From Antedon mediterranea (Eukaryota; Animalia; Echinodermata), in assembly GCF_964355755.1 (NCBI RefSeq), contig NC_092672.1, positions 19,481,237-19,545,236 on the forward strand: DNA of 64,000 nucleotides, given 5' to 3'. This document shows positions 12,476-26,519 of this stretch, piece by piece (position 1 is the stretch's first letter; each line of letters begins with the position of its first letter). The position numbers and the translations under genes are program-made. The notes under the pieces are model-generated. The model was not told where the DNA came from and did no database searches. It worked only from the letters and a program-made list of their open reading frames with translations.

Positions 12476-14570
12476 ATACTGTAAATGCTTTATTTTAATT
12501 TTTTTTATTACCATTAAAATATACAATGTAGCTAATAGATTAAAAAGTCACCCATCTTCAAAATTTGATTATAAAGGAAATGTGAAATTAATTAACATTT
12601 TGATTTTATTTATTTTATCTTCTTCTATCTTATTCTATGATTTATATACTATAGATGGTGTATCTGTCAGTGTTCTTTCTTCTTTTTTTAATTAAAAAAT
12701 GCCCTTTTGCAGCAATGTCAAATGATCAAAGCTAAACATAATTGTCAAAAAATAATAATTATATAAGATAGTTAACCTTTCCACCTGTAATTACTTAATT
12801 ACAAGCTTAATTACAAGCTTTCTTATTCATCAAAATCATCACTAAGTTTGTTTACACTTGATAAACTTTCTACAATGTAAATTATAATATTTTAAGCACT
12901 ATTAGTTATTTCAAATTTACATGGAATAATATAGTTATTTATTAATCAATAATACTCCTCACACTTATTTAAATTTTATTAATAGTGTACTGTAATTTAA
13001 TAATATTGATAATATGCCAAACTGTTAAGTTAAATTGAGATTTGCTATTCTCTTTTAAAAAACCCCAATATATTCTATAGGCTAAATCATTCATAATTGA
13101 TTGTATTTTTTAGTGTATTCAAACTTTATTTGATCATCATCAGGAATGATGATAAAATGTAAGCATTATTGTTAATATTATGGAATGCTTTATTAAATAG
13201 GTAACAGCAGTGATCATCATTGCTTTGCACAGTCTGTAGTATAATTAAAATGATTCCATCTTCTATCATTGTTTTATTTATTCATCTTCTTCATCATTAT
13301 AAGACAATAACAAACTCGTTTAAATATAAATCTACCCACTGTAATGTTGGTGTTGCTACAGTTTTTCATATTTTAGGACAATGACAGATTATCAATGCTT
13401 ATCTTTATAGCATTCATTCAAGTATAAGCAATAATGTCAACAGTATATTATTTGGAAATCACAATATAAAAAGATCAACTTTAATCATTTTGTAAAGTTT
13501 AATATTTCTTAACAGACTGTTCATTCTTTTAAATTAAATTTTAAATTCAAACATTAATTTATCCACAAAATATCAATTATTAAAAATAAACTTAAAACTC
13601 TAATCGTGCCTTAAGTTGATCATTGACACTATTTTAACTAAAATAAATACCGGTAACTTAAATTTAAAGTTTAGTTAGCAAAGTTCAAAAGGATGAACTA
13701 AAACACCTAATAAAAACCATAAAAGAGGCTATACGAGGATGCTTGTTTTTCTTGTCTTATCATTATTGAATGAATGTTATTGAATAAATGTTATTGAATT
13801 TAATTCACAGCCTACACATACAATAATATACAATAATGACAAAATTTGATGTTTTAATTAAGTTTAACTAAACATGAAAAACTACGATGTGTATTCCATG
13901 CGTACTGTACACCCATTTTTTATTGTTGCAAAGTTTCAAAATGACGCAATGAACTTTACTCCGTCCATTGGATTGAATGTTAAATTAACCAAATATAAGT
14001 CCCGATAATGAACAGAACAGAGTATGCTCAGTATACTGTGCATAAGCATGCGCAGATTAATATTTTGTGTAGATTACCGTCCCCCTTCGTCTACCGTCCT
14101 GTCATCATAAAGTCACTAGTAGGTTTTATTGTAAATTAATAGCACACTACGTGCAACAGCTAATACAGTAGTACTAATCATTGTCAGTATTTTCATTTTT
14201 GTTGTAAATGTATAGTCAACAGAGACCTCTTAGAATCAGGCTTCTGAGTCATGTCAGTCATATATTCTACTCATTCACCTTTTACCAAAAATTTGGGATT
14301 TTTAAAATGTCTTTCTTTCCATCATATATATTCATTTATGACTGACAATTTCATTCTTATAGTTTCATTCTACTGTAGAACAATAATACTCTCTTTGTCA
14401 TTACATTCAGCCTCTTACATTAACATTCAAATTAATTCAGAATAAACACATTTGGATGATGAAGCCTAAAAAAAAAAAAAACCAGAATAACTAAAATACA
14501 AATAAATTTTGATTTTTATATACATTACTTATACTACCTTTTATAGGTATAAACATACAGTGCTAGTTAA

Positions 14571-16266
14571 AGGGGATTCTGGGTTTAAAATTGCTTTTAA
14601 ACATCGTTTATTTATTAAATAACAAATATTATAACAATAGACATGTCAGAATGAAGAAGTAATAATGAGAAATTAAAAAAATTAAATTTCATATACATTT
14701 TAGTTTAAATTCATGCAAAGTCTGTTTTTCAGCAGCTTAGGGAAGCTCATTAATATTCATGAGATATTCACAAAATCACGTCATCAGTGGATTCCAAACT
14801 TGCGACGTCATGTACGTTGTGTTTGTTGACTAATTTACATCTCTCTCCCTTGTCAAACGATGACCACCCGATCATAATGAAATACATTTTTTGTAGATTT
14901 TCTAAGCTAGGCCTAAGTGTAATAACAGTAGCATATATTTATTTGACATTTAATGAAATACAAAATTTAGTACAGATCATGGAGTCATAAATTATACTAT
15001 TTTTATACCTCTATAGCAGGGAATAATTTCGCCAGTTTAGCATAGCAAAAAGCTATACAAAACAACCTTAGCAAAAAATACAATACAAAACTATGTTCTT
15101 GACTAAAAAATCAGTTTGATTAGCAATTTTGCTAAACAAAATTTTCAAATGAAATTTTTCCCTGCTATAGTACAGATCGTATTCGGCTTCACGTACTAGC
15201 CTAAATCATTTTTTTTATGGGTGAGAGCCATTCTGACTAGGGATTCCATGCCACAATGGATGGCTACGTTAAAACATGGGGCCTATGGGCCTAGCTAGCC
15301 TACTAAACGATTGGCCCATAAATAACAAAACTCAGTGGATTCCAAACCCATCCTATCAACCAAACTCAATAATAAACAATATAACCTAAAACGTTCTACA
15401 AAATCGGCTGTAAATATTGAGGCAAAACAAGGTCCGATTGCCGTCCGCACGTATGGTGTCTCGATCGTCTAGTAGGCTTAAAATAGTTTACTCTCCTAAA
15501 AAGCGGATACTGCATCAAGCAAGTAGACCTAGTAGGAAGGAGACCTAGCCGATCCGGCCCAGTTAAAAATTGAGCTAGCTAGTGTACTGTAGTAGACCCT
15601 ATGCGAATTGATACTACCAGTCCTTTTACTAGGCTACACTTGTTAAAATTAGCAATACTAATATGTTTACAAATATTCCAACTCTCTCATTCGAGCTATA
15701 TTATCTATACCATTCCGGTAGGTCGAATCGACCTTCAATCAAATACTGTACATCGTTCATGTTGTGATTATAGACGGGGTATACTCGACCCGACCAGTTT
15801 GGTATTGTATACTGTATCTGCTTATCACGTGACGATGCCAGGAATGGGCAGAGAGCACGTTTATCGTCTCGCTCAGAAGGAATGTACAGACGGTACGCTT
15901 CATTGAATTTTAAGGGTTTTTCCCTATTGTCAGTGCGAAAATCGGCAAACGTAAACTGAATCTCCAAATGATTTTACACAATTGTGATGAATTTTCATAG
16001 AAAATTGACATTATAAATGGGAAGGCCGACTAAAATTACATCAGATAAGCATAATTTTACAAAAGTAATTGATATGGTTAATGATAACGAGTCGTCGGAA
16101 GATCAAAATTTTCCTATTCTGTAACAGTGTCATATCGCCGTAGCTTCACTTCACAGCCTTCATTCTGCTTCACCGCTCACTTTATAATAAGTGAAACTTT
16201 TACCGTTCAAGAGACAAACAATTATATTTTATTTTTTACTATTCATTTTAAACCCGGAACCCCGCT
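14571..16266. mobile_element. Kolobok-like non-autonomous DNA transposon, copy 2 (inverted relative to copy 1)
   Basis: TTAA at 14567-14570 and 16267-16270. TIRs AGGGGATTCTGGGTTTAAAAT / ATTTTAAACCCGGAACCCCGCT. Absent at the paralogous site near 33145. Confidence 0.88.
15017..15164. mobile_element. ~150-bp MITE nested in Kolobok-like copy 2
   Basis: TIRs CAGGGAATAATTTC / GAAATTTTTCCCTG, flanked by CTATAG on both sides; absent from copy 1. Confidence 0.7.
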
Positions 16267-16730
16267 TTAAAAGTAAATAACAGTCAACCAAAATAAAACT
16301 TGGTTTACTAAAGCTTTGGTTGCCAACGCAATGTAGGCGCTACGCAAGTGAGTTGACCATTAACAAGCAACAGTTCGTATAATCCATCACATTGCGATTG
16401 GTCAATTTGCTTGATTTAATTTACAAAAAAATTGGATAGACTACAGACAAATGGACAGACTAAATGTTGGGACAAACAAACTTATTACATGCAATTATTA
16501 CTCAGTAATCACCTCTGTAGTCCCATGGGTACTCTTTAAAATAGTTATTGATTACAGTGCCTTAAAATATTCTTTAAATAATAATTGTGTAAATGAATTT
16601 CACCAGAACCTTTACCATGCTAATCCATATCAATACTTTGAGTTACAATTGTAGATAATATATTGATATTCATTTGTAGCTATACACTAGGCTTCATTAT
16701 CTTAAGATTATTAGAGTATGCGTATTCAGC

Positions 16731-18426
16731 AGTATGATCATACACACTGTTTATATTTTGTATGGTGTAACGAGTACAGGGGTAGGCCTATAGCTACAGC
16801 AGTAGGTCATAATCACTGTTTATATTTTGTGTGGTGTAGTACGGACAGGGGTAGACCTATAGCTGCAGCAGTAGGTCATAATCACTGTTTATATTTTATG
16901 TGGTGTAGTAGGTACAGTGGTAGGGGTTCCTATACTACAGCAGTATGGTCATAATCACTGTTTATATTTTATGTGGTGTAGTAGGTACAGTGGTAGGGGT
17001 TCCTATACTACAGCAGTATGGTCATAATCACTGTTTATATTTTATGTGGTGTAGTAGGTACAGTGGTAGGGGTTCCTATACTACAGCAGTATGGTCATAA
17101 TCACTGTTTATATTTTATGTGGTGTAGTAGGTACAGTGGTAGGGGTTCCTATACTACAGCAGTATGGTCATAATCACTGTTTATATTTTATGTGGTGTAG
17201 TAGGTACAGTGGTAGGGGTTCCTATACTACAGCAGTATGGTCATAATCACTGTTTATATTTTATGTGGTGTAGTAGGTACAGGGGTAGGCCTATAGCTAC
17301 AGCAGTAGGTCATAATCACTGTTTATATTTTATGTGGTGTGTAGTAGGTATAGTGGTAGACCTATACTAGCTACAGCAGTATGGTCATAATCACTGTTTA
17401 TATTTTATGTGGTGTAGTAGGTACAGTGGTAGGGGTTCCTATACTACAGCAGTATGGTCATAATCACTGTTTATATTTTATGTGGTGTAGTAGGTACAGT
17501 GGTAGGGGTTCCTATACTACAGCAGTATGGTCATAATCACTGTTTATATTTTATGTGGTGTAGTAGGTACAGGGGTAGGCCTATAGCTACAGCAGTAGGT
17601 CATAATCACTGTTTATATTTTGTGTGGTGTATAGTAGGTACAGTGGTAGACCTATACTAGCTACAGCAGTATGGTCATAATCACTGTTTATATTTTATGT
17701 GGTGTAGTAGGTACAGTGGTAGGGGTTCCTATACTACAGCAGTATGGTCATAATCACTGTTTATATTTTATGTGGTGTAGTAGGTACAGTGGTAGGGGTT
17801 CCTATACTACAGCAGTATGGTCATAATCACTGTTTATATTTTATGTGGTGTAGTAGGTACAGTGGTAGGGGTTCCTATACTACAGCAGTATGGTCATAAT
17901 CACTGTTTATATTTTATGTGGTGTAGTAGGTACAGTGGTAGGGGTTCCTATACTACAGCAGTATGGTCATAATCACTGTTTATATTTTGTGTGGTGTATA
18001 GTAGGTACAGTGGTAGGGGTTCCTATACTACAGCAGTATGGTCATAATCACTGTTTATATTTTGTGTGGTGTATAGTAGGTACAGTGGTAGGGGTTCCTA
18101 TACTACAGCAGTATGGTCATAATCACTGTTTATATTTTGTGTGGTGTATAGTAGGTACAGTGGTAGGGGTTCCTATACTACAGCAGTATGGTCATAATCA
18201 CTGTTTATATTTTGTGTGGTGTATAGTAGGTACAGTGGTAGGGGTTCCTATACTACAGCAGTATGGTCATAATCACTGTTTATATTTTGTGTGGTGTATA
18301 GTAGGTACAGTGGTAGGGGTTCCTATACTACAGCAGTATGGTCATAATCACTGTTTATATTTTGTGTGGTGTATAGTAGGTACAGTGGTAGGGGTTCCTA
18401 TACTACAGCAGTATGGTCATAATCAC
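16731..18426. repeat. Minisatellite, 73-75 bp unit, ~23 copies
   Basis: Unit atggtcataatcactgtttatattttatgtggtgtagtaggtacagtggtaggggttcctatactacagcagt. Period 73 in the 5' part and 75 in the 3' part. Confidence 0.97.
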
Positions 18427-18672
18427 TTATAGGGCTGGAAATCATTCAAATATACACACTGTTTATATTTTGTGGTGCAGTGGGTACAGTAGTATGGCTG
18501 CATCAGTGTGATCATACTCACGTAGGGCTGGAAATTAAAAGTATGGTAGTATATGTGACCTGTTTTTAGTCTAGTTGACAAAGTTATTGAACTTGATTCT
18601 TCATTATGTAAACATTTAAATATTTGAATTAATAGTAATACTAAAGATTTCTTAAAACAATAATTGCATTGC

Positions 18673-19259
18673 TCCGATACTATCAAGCAGTGATACGACC
18701 AGTTCTTGAATATGCCTGTGCTGTTTGGTCCCCGAGTTTATCCAAAGCACAATCTGACCAAATCGAACATGTCCAAAGAAGAGCGTGTAACATAATATAC
18801 CCCGATGGTACCTCGTATGCTGATACCCGCAGATACCTTAACATCATCACTCTATCTGAACGCCGCGAGAAGTTGTCAAGAAAATTCTTTGATAAAATGA
18901 AAAAAGAAGATCATATATTATACTCTCTCTTACCTAAACCTCCCACACACAACCATCAGCTCCGACGCGTAGATCGTTCACCCTCTCCAAAGTCCGGACA
19001 CAACTCACAAAAAACTTTCCACGGAGTTTTCAATGATTGGTGAATGATCATAAACTGAGTTATGATAAGCAAATTGTGAACCCCTTTTGGTTTGTGTTAC
19101 TGGATGTACTATGATGGCCATTGAAAGACTGATTTGTGGACTATGATATATTTTAGTATTACTTGTTTGGACTGTGTTATACTATGTTTTTTTTATATAT
19201 ATTTACTATTATATTTATGTCAACTTCATCACTGTTTACTTGATGCAATAAAGGAAATA

Positions 19260-19291
<32 letters not shown>
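18673..19291 (+). mobile_element. 5'-truncated L2/CR1-group LINE (ORF2 C-terminus, 3' UTR, (AAT)n tail)
   Basis: ORF YYQAVIRPVLEYACAVWSP...IEHVQRRA...TLSERR is the typical post-RT region of CR1/L2-group LINEs. AATAAA then (AAT)n at ~19256-19291. Absent from the paralogue at ~34200. Confidence 0.88.
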
Positions 19292-19292
<1 letters not shown>

Positions 19293-22200
19293 TGCAAATG
19301 AAAAGATGCTGATTTTTCTAAATGTCAGGCCTTCTATCTGATGGTTTGTATCCTAATATAATTGTTTGGCGACTTTTTCAATTTCATTTTATAACTTGAT
19401 ACAACTAATTTCAACATTTGCTCTTCTAGTACTCCTTTTTAATTTTATCTGAATTGTTCACATTCCTCAAATATGTATCATGGATGTTCAAAGGAGACTT
19501 TAATACCATATAACCATAACATCTTTATTATAGGCCTAATTAATAGAGAGTTTGTTTACATTTAATTATCGTAGGAGGAGATAGGAAAATGCGAAGTGTC
19601 CTCGTATTATTGTCTGCGGGTATTTTTCAAATTGGACATCCATTAGACAGTGTATACCACGATCGGAAAACACCCCTATTTGGGGCAAATCGTTGAACCT
19701 AAATTCGTTTTAATCGTCAATAACTAATTATCGAATTCAATTTAATTAGTAAACAGGGTTACATCAGGTGGTTAAAATCAGTACCGAAAGTACGAACCAA
19801 CTTTACATACCATCGAGTAAACATTCTAGAAATAACGCGCGATTTACCGAATTTTGCCCTTACGTAAATTTATATATTGATATCAGGTGCTTAATTAATA
19901 TTTTGATTAATTTTCAACATTTGTCCAATTGTCCAATTGAAATGCGTTGTTTTGTCAAATAAGTTGACTCCAGTATGTTTCCTTGTACTAATAGGCCTAT
20001 TGTTAAATAATATTTATTTATTTTACTTACTCTGGAAGCACCTTCATTCAAGAAGTGTGCCACTGTTTCTAAAGTGTAGCTTCCAAATAAATTATTATAT
20101 TATATGTAAAAAAAGTGGAGTAAAGTTACTTTAGGTAACTAATTAATTATAAAGGCATTCATTTTAAATGTGTTATAATTATAGCTAATTCTTTATCTTG
20201 TTATTTACTTTATTAATATTAAAAATAAACTTCCAACAGCAAGGAGTTATTTAATATATATTTAATAGTGAAAATACCTCTATGAGAATCCCTACCAACT
20301 AGCCAGCAAGTTTGGAATAGCCAACATGCATTTGAGCAGTGGGGTGTGTGTAATAATTAGAATAGCCACAAGGATATCTCAGAAAAATTTTACTTTTTAA
20401 CTACTGGACAGATTTTTTTGAAAAAAAATCTAATAATTCTTAAAATAATGCAAGACTATAGCAATCATGCTTAATAACGAAAAAGTTATTGTGAATATTA
20501 CTGAAATTGTGTTCAGGCAGAATGAGTTTATATCACACTTCCTGTTCACCAAGATAAATTAAACAGATAAGATTGTAATCCTTTTTTTTCCACTTTGACT
20601 GGTGACTCTACTTGTAATGATTGTTTATTCTTACTATAGGCGCTATGCCTGAACCTATTACGGTTATGGTATGCACTAAATATGTCCATCATTATGGGAT
20701 TAAATATTATCCTGATTTAGGCTATTTATTAAATAATAATATATTACGAACTGAGGCCTACTATTATAGTAGGCCTATGTGTAGCCACAAATCGTTAAAC
20801 GATGTATAATTTAGTCCTACAATGTCACTGAACTCTAAGTATGTGATCGTAAAAATCATAAATAATTTAATTATACAATATCAGACTAAAATAGAAGAAT
20901 TTTAGTTTTGCTAACACTTGGTATCATACGACGTAACGCTCTCACGTTACGAAAGAAAATGATGACGGTGGTACGTTGGTACGTTCCCACATGAGGGCGT
21001 GGTTGCGGACGGGTCCATTATAATGCAGGGGTGTTCTAGGAACTTTTCACTTTCGTATCTAAGCCCTCCCTCTGGAGAGCACGGGCTATTGTCGGTTTAT
21101 ACAGGTAAGCTAGCACTCATAGACTACTAACACCACTACTGGTTTGTGTAATAATATAGACTGAAACATAAATTAAATGTCATATACAGTAATAAAAATA
21201 AGAAATTGTGTCGTTGGAATTCTAATATACGTATATTTTTGAATATTCATGAGAACAAATTATATAATTTTTTTCATGCGCGCACTAAAATATGATTTTA
21301 AAATAAGTTGGAGTCTTTAATATGCTACAAAATGCACTAGGGTTATTAAATTAAAAAGTTGCTTAAACGGTAAAATTTCGATTTACCAAATGATACGTCT
21401 ATGGCTTGATAAAAAATATGATTAATTTGTTAGCTGGTATAAAAACTGCGATATCTCCGTGAAAATTTACTCGATTTTTAAACGGTTTTTTCGAGAAAAA
21501 AGCTCAAAGAACAATGAACAACTGCACAAAGGTCATGCTTCACTATGATGTATTAGAAACTACTGCGCAGCCTCTGTTTACTTTTACTGAAAAAATGGTT
21601 TACAAATTGATAACTGTATTTCAAATGAAGACTATGTTATTGTTACATGCAAAAAAGCACTGAATTCAAGACTGACATTTTTGTACAGGCATGCTAACTT
21701 CTTAGACATGCAAAGTAGACACTTTTATGCTCTGCAATAATTCAATGTGTTTTCGACTACTGCATGCTACATCAGTCTTGTATTCTGGTATAACTTCACT
21801 CCTCAAAATAAACTGTAACCCTAAATAAAATTGTACAGTTTTTTCTTATCACCCACTAACAATCAACCACTAATGAAACAATTTCATTAACCACTAATGT
21901 ACAAAACTTCATTAAAGTAGAAAATTAGTTTAGAGTTATTTTGGAAATATTCTATATTTTTTTGTGGAGAAAACATTTTTTAATTTGTTGAACTTCAGTT
22001 TTAATCCTATGTGTCTTTGTCAATTCTCTATGTTTTTCTTCTCTGAGACAAATATGGTACTACATTTTTCACATGTACGCTGAACTTTTGTCTGTCCCAC
22101 TTAATAAAGTTGAATTGTCGAGTTTGTTGAATTTAGCCTGGTTAGTGTCTGTCCGTTCATTCGTTAATTTTAATATTTTTACAACTGTAGGACATACAGT

Positions 22201-23983
22201 ATAGGGTCTTTACTTTTTATAGGGTCTATTGAACCTAGTTTGACTGTCTGTCCATCCTTCAGTTCTCATTTTTAACCTTTGGACTAAGTGTATTTAATAA
22301 AAAATGCCGCCTTCGGTTTTTTGCGAGTGGGAGACGTGGAAATGACAATTCACAACGAGAGTATCTCCCCAATCCCCTATTAGAACAAAGTAAATTCTCT
22401 TATCTAATTATAATTTGAGTAGAATATAAAAAATGATGAAATATAATGAAACACCTAACTTTTTCTTCAAATATGTTTGATACAGAGATGCTGTACTGTA
22501 AGTTGCTAACTTTTTTTATGCAATTGTTGTGTATTAAAATTGATTTGGGGAAAAAAGAAATCACAAAACATTTTAATCTTTTGTAGTTTATTGTAAAGAA
22601 CATATTGTTTTTATTTCATGTTCATAAATAGTAGTATACACTTAAAGTTACATATAAATAGATTTCAGTACTGTACTGTAATACTTAAAAACATATGGCC
22701 TACAATGTTTCAAGCAGTTAAGGGGAATCATTGGACAGTATTAAACAGTTAAAAAAATTTTTAAAAATTTAATTTATTGTATTTCGGATCTCAAACAACA
22801 AGTGTTGTTCAGTGACTACTTTATAGAGATCATTACTGCTATCTGCCAAGATATGTTTTTCTTGGTTCTGTGAGATTTTGTTTAGTACATACTGTTGTAT
22901 CTCTACACATTTCCGAAATCCTTTATTGCTTTATTAATCCTTCTAGCTTCATTTTCATTTTGTTTGTCATTTCTGTCATGGTCTGTTTAATGAATAGGAA
23001 AAAATATACCATTTAGTGACATGATTTATATATTTATACTTTTATTGTACATGAATGTTATTAAAGTGAAATGAGGTTGGTTATATTTTTTTAACATATG
23101 TACAAAATTGAACTATGGTGAAATGCATGCAGTACATGAATGTGTTATTATAAAAAATGTTACACCTTTGTACCAGTAACTTCCATAATGAATGAAGGAA
23201 TGTTGAATACTTTGATTTGGGTGAGGGTGTGGCTACTGATATTTTTTACCTACCGGTAATAGTTTACTTAATATTATTTTATTTTTATTTTTTAATTTTA
23301 ATTTATATATCAACTGACAGATATGAAAACCTCCACTAAAAGGTTGATAAACATGAAACAGTAACATCTTTATCTCATTGTAACATTAAACAACGGAAGC
23401 AGGTTAATAATACTGCAGTGTAATTCTTTAATATAATAAACAGTATGAATATTATTATTATAAAGTGTTGTACATTAAACAAGCATTGCGGATTATTTGT
23501 ATATTAGAAATATGCACAAAATTAAATTATGACAAAGTGCCGGTGTAACTTGGTAACAACAGTTTCTACTAGGCCGACATTACAATTCCTTAATCTAATA
23601 AAACAGTGCATGAATCTTATAATGAATTGATGCACATTACACAGGAGGTGGAAGATGGGTAGGGTTAATTGAAATAAGCACAATGGTGGTACTTACCTGA
23701 CTGAATGTTGAATACTGATTGTTGAATGTGTCTCTCCTGGCGGAGGGAAACAACAATTTACAAAAGAATGCCATAACATGTGGAGTAGCGTGATTGTTGT
23801 TCACCTAGTTGTGTGTGTATGTTATTATAAAATTTATTTTATCAAAATATTAAAACCACTTTAAAAATGAAATAAAAAATGTTTACATGGAACTACATGT
23901 AATACACAAAACAGTGATATTTATTAGGTCATCCTTTCACCCACTAACAAGTTTTACAATAACAAACCTTTTTTCTCATACTT

Positions 23984-24008
23984 TCTCTCTCTCTCTCTCT
24001 CTCTCTCT
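23984..24008. repeat. (CT)n microsatellite
   Basis: Uninterrupted ct run. Confidence 0.9.
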
Positions 24009-24985
24009 GTAAATGTGACTTATCTCCAACTTCCATACGGAAAGTCTTACGATTACAAAATTGATGACCGGATGGGCACGGACTGATAATTTAAAAAATG
24101 AAAATTTGTTTTAAGATTAAAATTTACATTTCCATCTGATAATTAAGACACTGTCTAAAGGTTAAAACATTGAAGTATAGATAAGTAAACAAAGATTTTG
24201 GTTAAGTTTAATTTAGTAGTCAAACCATTATTTATCCAACGAGAGTTGGCGGACAAACAAACGTAACTCGAATCCTAGATTTCCAACTTTCAAAGCATAA
24301 CAAATATTCTAGTGGTTAAACTGTTGTTATGTTAGTGGTAATGTATTACATTATTGTTAATGCTATATTAGTGGTTAATTTTTGTTATAAATTTGTCATT
24401 TTAACAGAACAAATACCCAGAGATACATTATAGCATTTATGTTTAAGAGTTCAGTTAATAGTCCTATTTTGATATTTGTGTCTTTTTTGGTTTTCATTAA
24501 TTCTAAAAGCAAGTAATATAATTTAAAATACAAATTGCAGAGTTGTAAAATAAATGTTTCAAACATGCAGTTGCAAATAAAAAAAAAAGGCAAATTACTA
24601 AAAGTAATGACAATGCTGTGGGTGACTGGATCTCAATGGAAATAAAAAAACAAAAAGCTAAATCAAAACGATAAAGTAAAAGTTAAAACAGCCAGACATT
24701 TTAATATAGATATCTTCTTTATTGTTTGTGTATAAATGGACATTTATTTATGTTTTGTTAATATTTTTTAATTATTATGTCAGTCACATATTTTCCATCC
24801 TCATGTTTGGTGTAGGACATTAAAACTGCATTTATTGTCATGTTTTCTGAGCTTTCAAAGTCTGTTCTTTAATATCAGGTGAAACTGGAGAACAACCTGG
24901 TTGAATATTCTAGCACTCTAATATCGTTCTATGTTTAATAATGTCTTGATTTGTGGTGAAAGGATTGTTTGATAGTTGGTCTTAA

Positions 24986-26519
24986 CAGTGGCAGATCCAA
25001 AGGGAGAAAGTAAAGTACTTTTAATTCATTAATTAAAACACATTGTTTTAGCGCCGTGCTAATTTAGTCTTTATTAGAGGTTGCCATTGCTGTTGCTGTC
25101 GTCACACAAAATTATTGTTATGGGTGTTTTGCTAAGTGGTATGACACATGTTCTTCTGCTGCTTATAGCTAGATAATTCTGAAGAATATTATCAGCCTAG
25201 ACATAGAGCGCACATGACAAATATTTGAATACTCATTTACCCAAGCGATTCCTATACTGTAATTTGAAAACAGTCCTGATAGTCTCTCCAAAACATTGGA
25301 GAGTTTGTGTGTTTGAAAACTACTGAAAAGATGTTCAATTGCATTTTTTGATGACTATAAACCCTGCAACCAGTGCATCAGCAGAGCGAGAAAATTTAGC
25401 TCTGGAGACTGTAAAAAATTATGTTTGAGATACCATAATGGAAGATCGACTAGATGCATTGTTATTGATGTTTGTTCATCAGGACATTAACCTTAATTAT
25501 GATGTCATTATTCTTAAGTATGTGAATATGTATCCCCGCTGGATGAAGTATGTAGGCCTATTTTTATTTATTAAATTTACAGCATTAATTGTTATTACAT
25601 GTTATTGTTAAGATAATCAAATTAATAAGCAGTATAGAGATTCAGCCACTGATTACCACAGCATTGTCATTTTTTAGTAATTTTCCTTTTGACCTTTATT
25701 TTATTAAGATATAGACCTATAAGCCTAAAGCCCTAAAACACGCTCTTTCACTATGTATTATTTAACATAACTAGGGTAACATGATAAATTTGAAGTCGCA
25801 TCATTTTTTTAAAGTAGTTAATAATAGGCAGCTTTCGAAACACACGACACGCCGATTATCGAGATGCAAAAGACTGTGAAATCCTACTGCGCATGCGAGA
25901 GCAAAGCCAGTTTGTTTGCCCTGCTCATCACGAGACGAGATTCGGCTGATTTGGAAGACACGACTTGTACTACTGATTGTATTTTATTTAGAAAAATATT
26001 TAAGAACTGTTGTGTGATGACAATGTGTTATTAAATTAGACCCTAGTAGGGAAATGCGATCATCATCATGAATCATGGTGATGGCAGGTACTTTGGTATT
26101 AGTGATCATGTGACAATGACCTGATCATAAAATTGAAACAGTTTATAATTCGTGACGCAAAAGGCATGCAACGGTATCCATGGTTGACTGACTTCCGCGT
26201 CTCGCGTCGCCACTTCGAAAGCTCACTATTACCATACCGGAAGTACCTTTATCAGGGATTCCCCCTCATGGTCACATTGAACGTGTGTTTACCAGCGGAA
26301 AAAGTAGACTATGATCTTTTTACCAATTGTTAACACGCTATGGGAGTGTCATTTCCGGCCAACTATAGGTGCCATTTATCATAAATTTTACGTGTGAGAA
26401 TACAATTTCATTTAACAAAATTTGCTTCACCACAGGTCCCACCTGTGCCTCATGTACTTGGTGACTGGTTGCGTCCCCTCCCCCCTCCCCGCTTTACTAC
26501 AAGGCTGGATCCGCCCTTG
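24986..26519 (+). mobile_element. Degenerate hAT transposon with C-terminal dimerization-domain remnant
   Basis: 25351-25550 reads PATSASAERENLALETVKNYV*DTIMEDRLDALLLMFVHQDINLNYDVII...YPRWM, the hAT dimerization motif. Termini CAGTGGCAGATCCA / TGGATCCGCCCTTG. No TSD found. Confidence 0.75.
25826..26227. mobile_element. MITE (Harbinger-type termini) nested in the hAT remnant
   Basis: Inverted termini taatAGGCAGCTTTCGAA / TTCGAAAGCTCACTatta. Confidence 0.55.

Larger units (their letters stand above)
13118..19555 (+). repeat. Intronic segmental duplicate A1 (paralogous to 31429-34455), interrupted by a Kolobok-like element, an expanded minisatellite and an L2 fragment
   Basis: Colinear similarity from ttcaaactttatttgatca to gagagtttgttta once the insertions are removed. 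Confidence 0.9.

Noticed and set aside
15601-15967. 101/88-aa ORFs as a transposase
   Set aside because: Inside a non-autonomous element, no DDE or other recognisable motif, and not conserved in frame in the other copy.
16718-18432. Repetitive ORFs (up to 180 aa) and CRISPR-like appearance
   Set aside because: Head-to-tail minisatellite with no unique spacers and no cas genes, in a eukaryotic intron.
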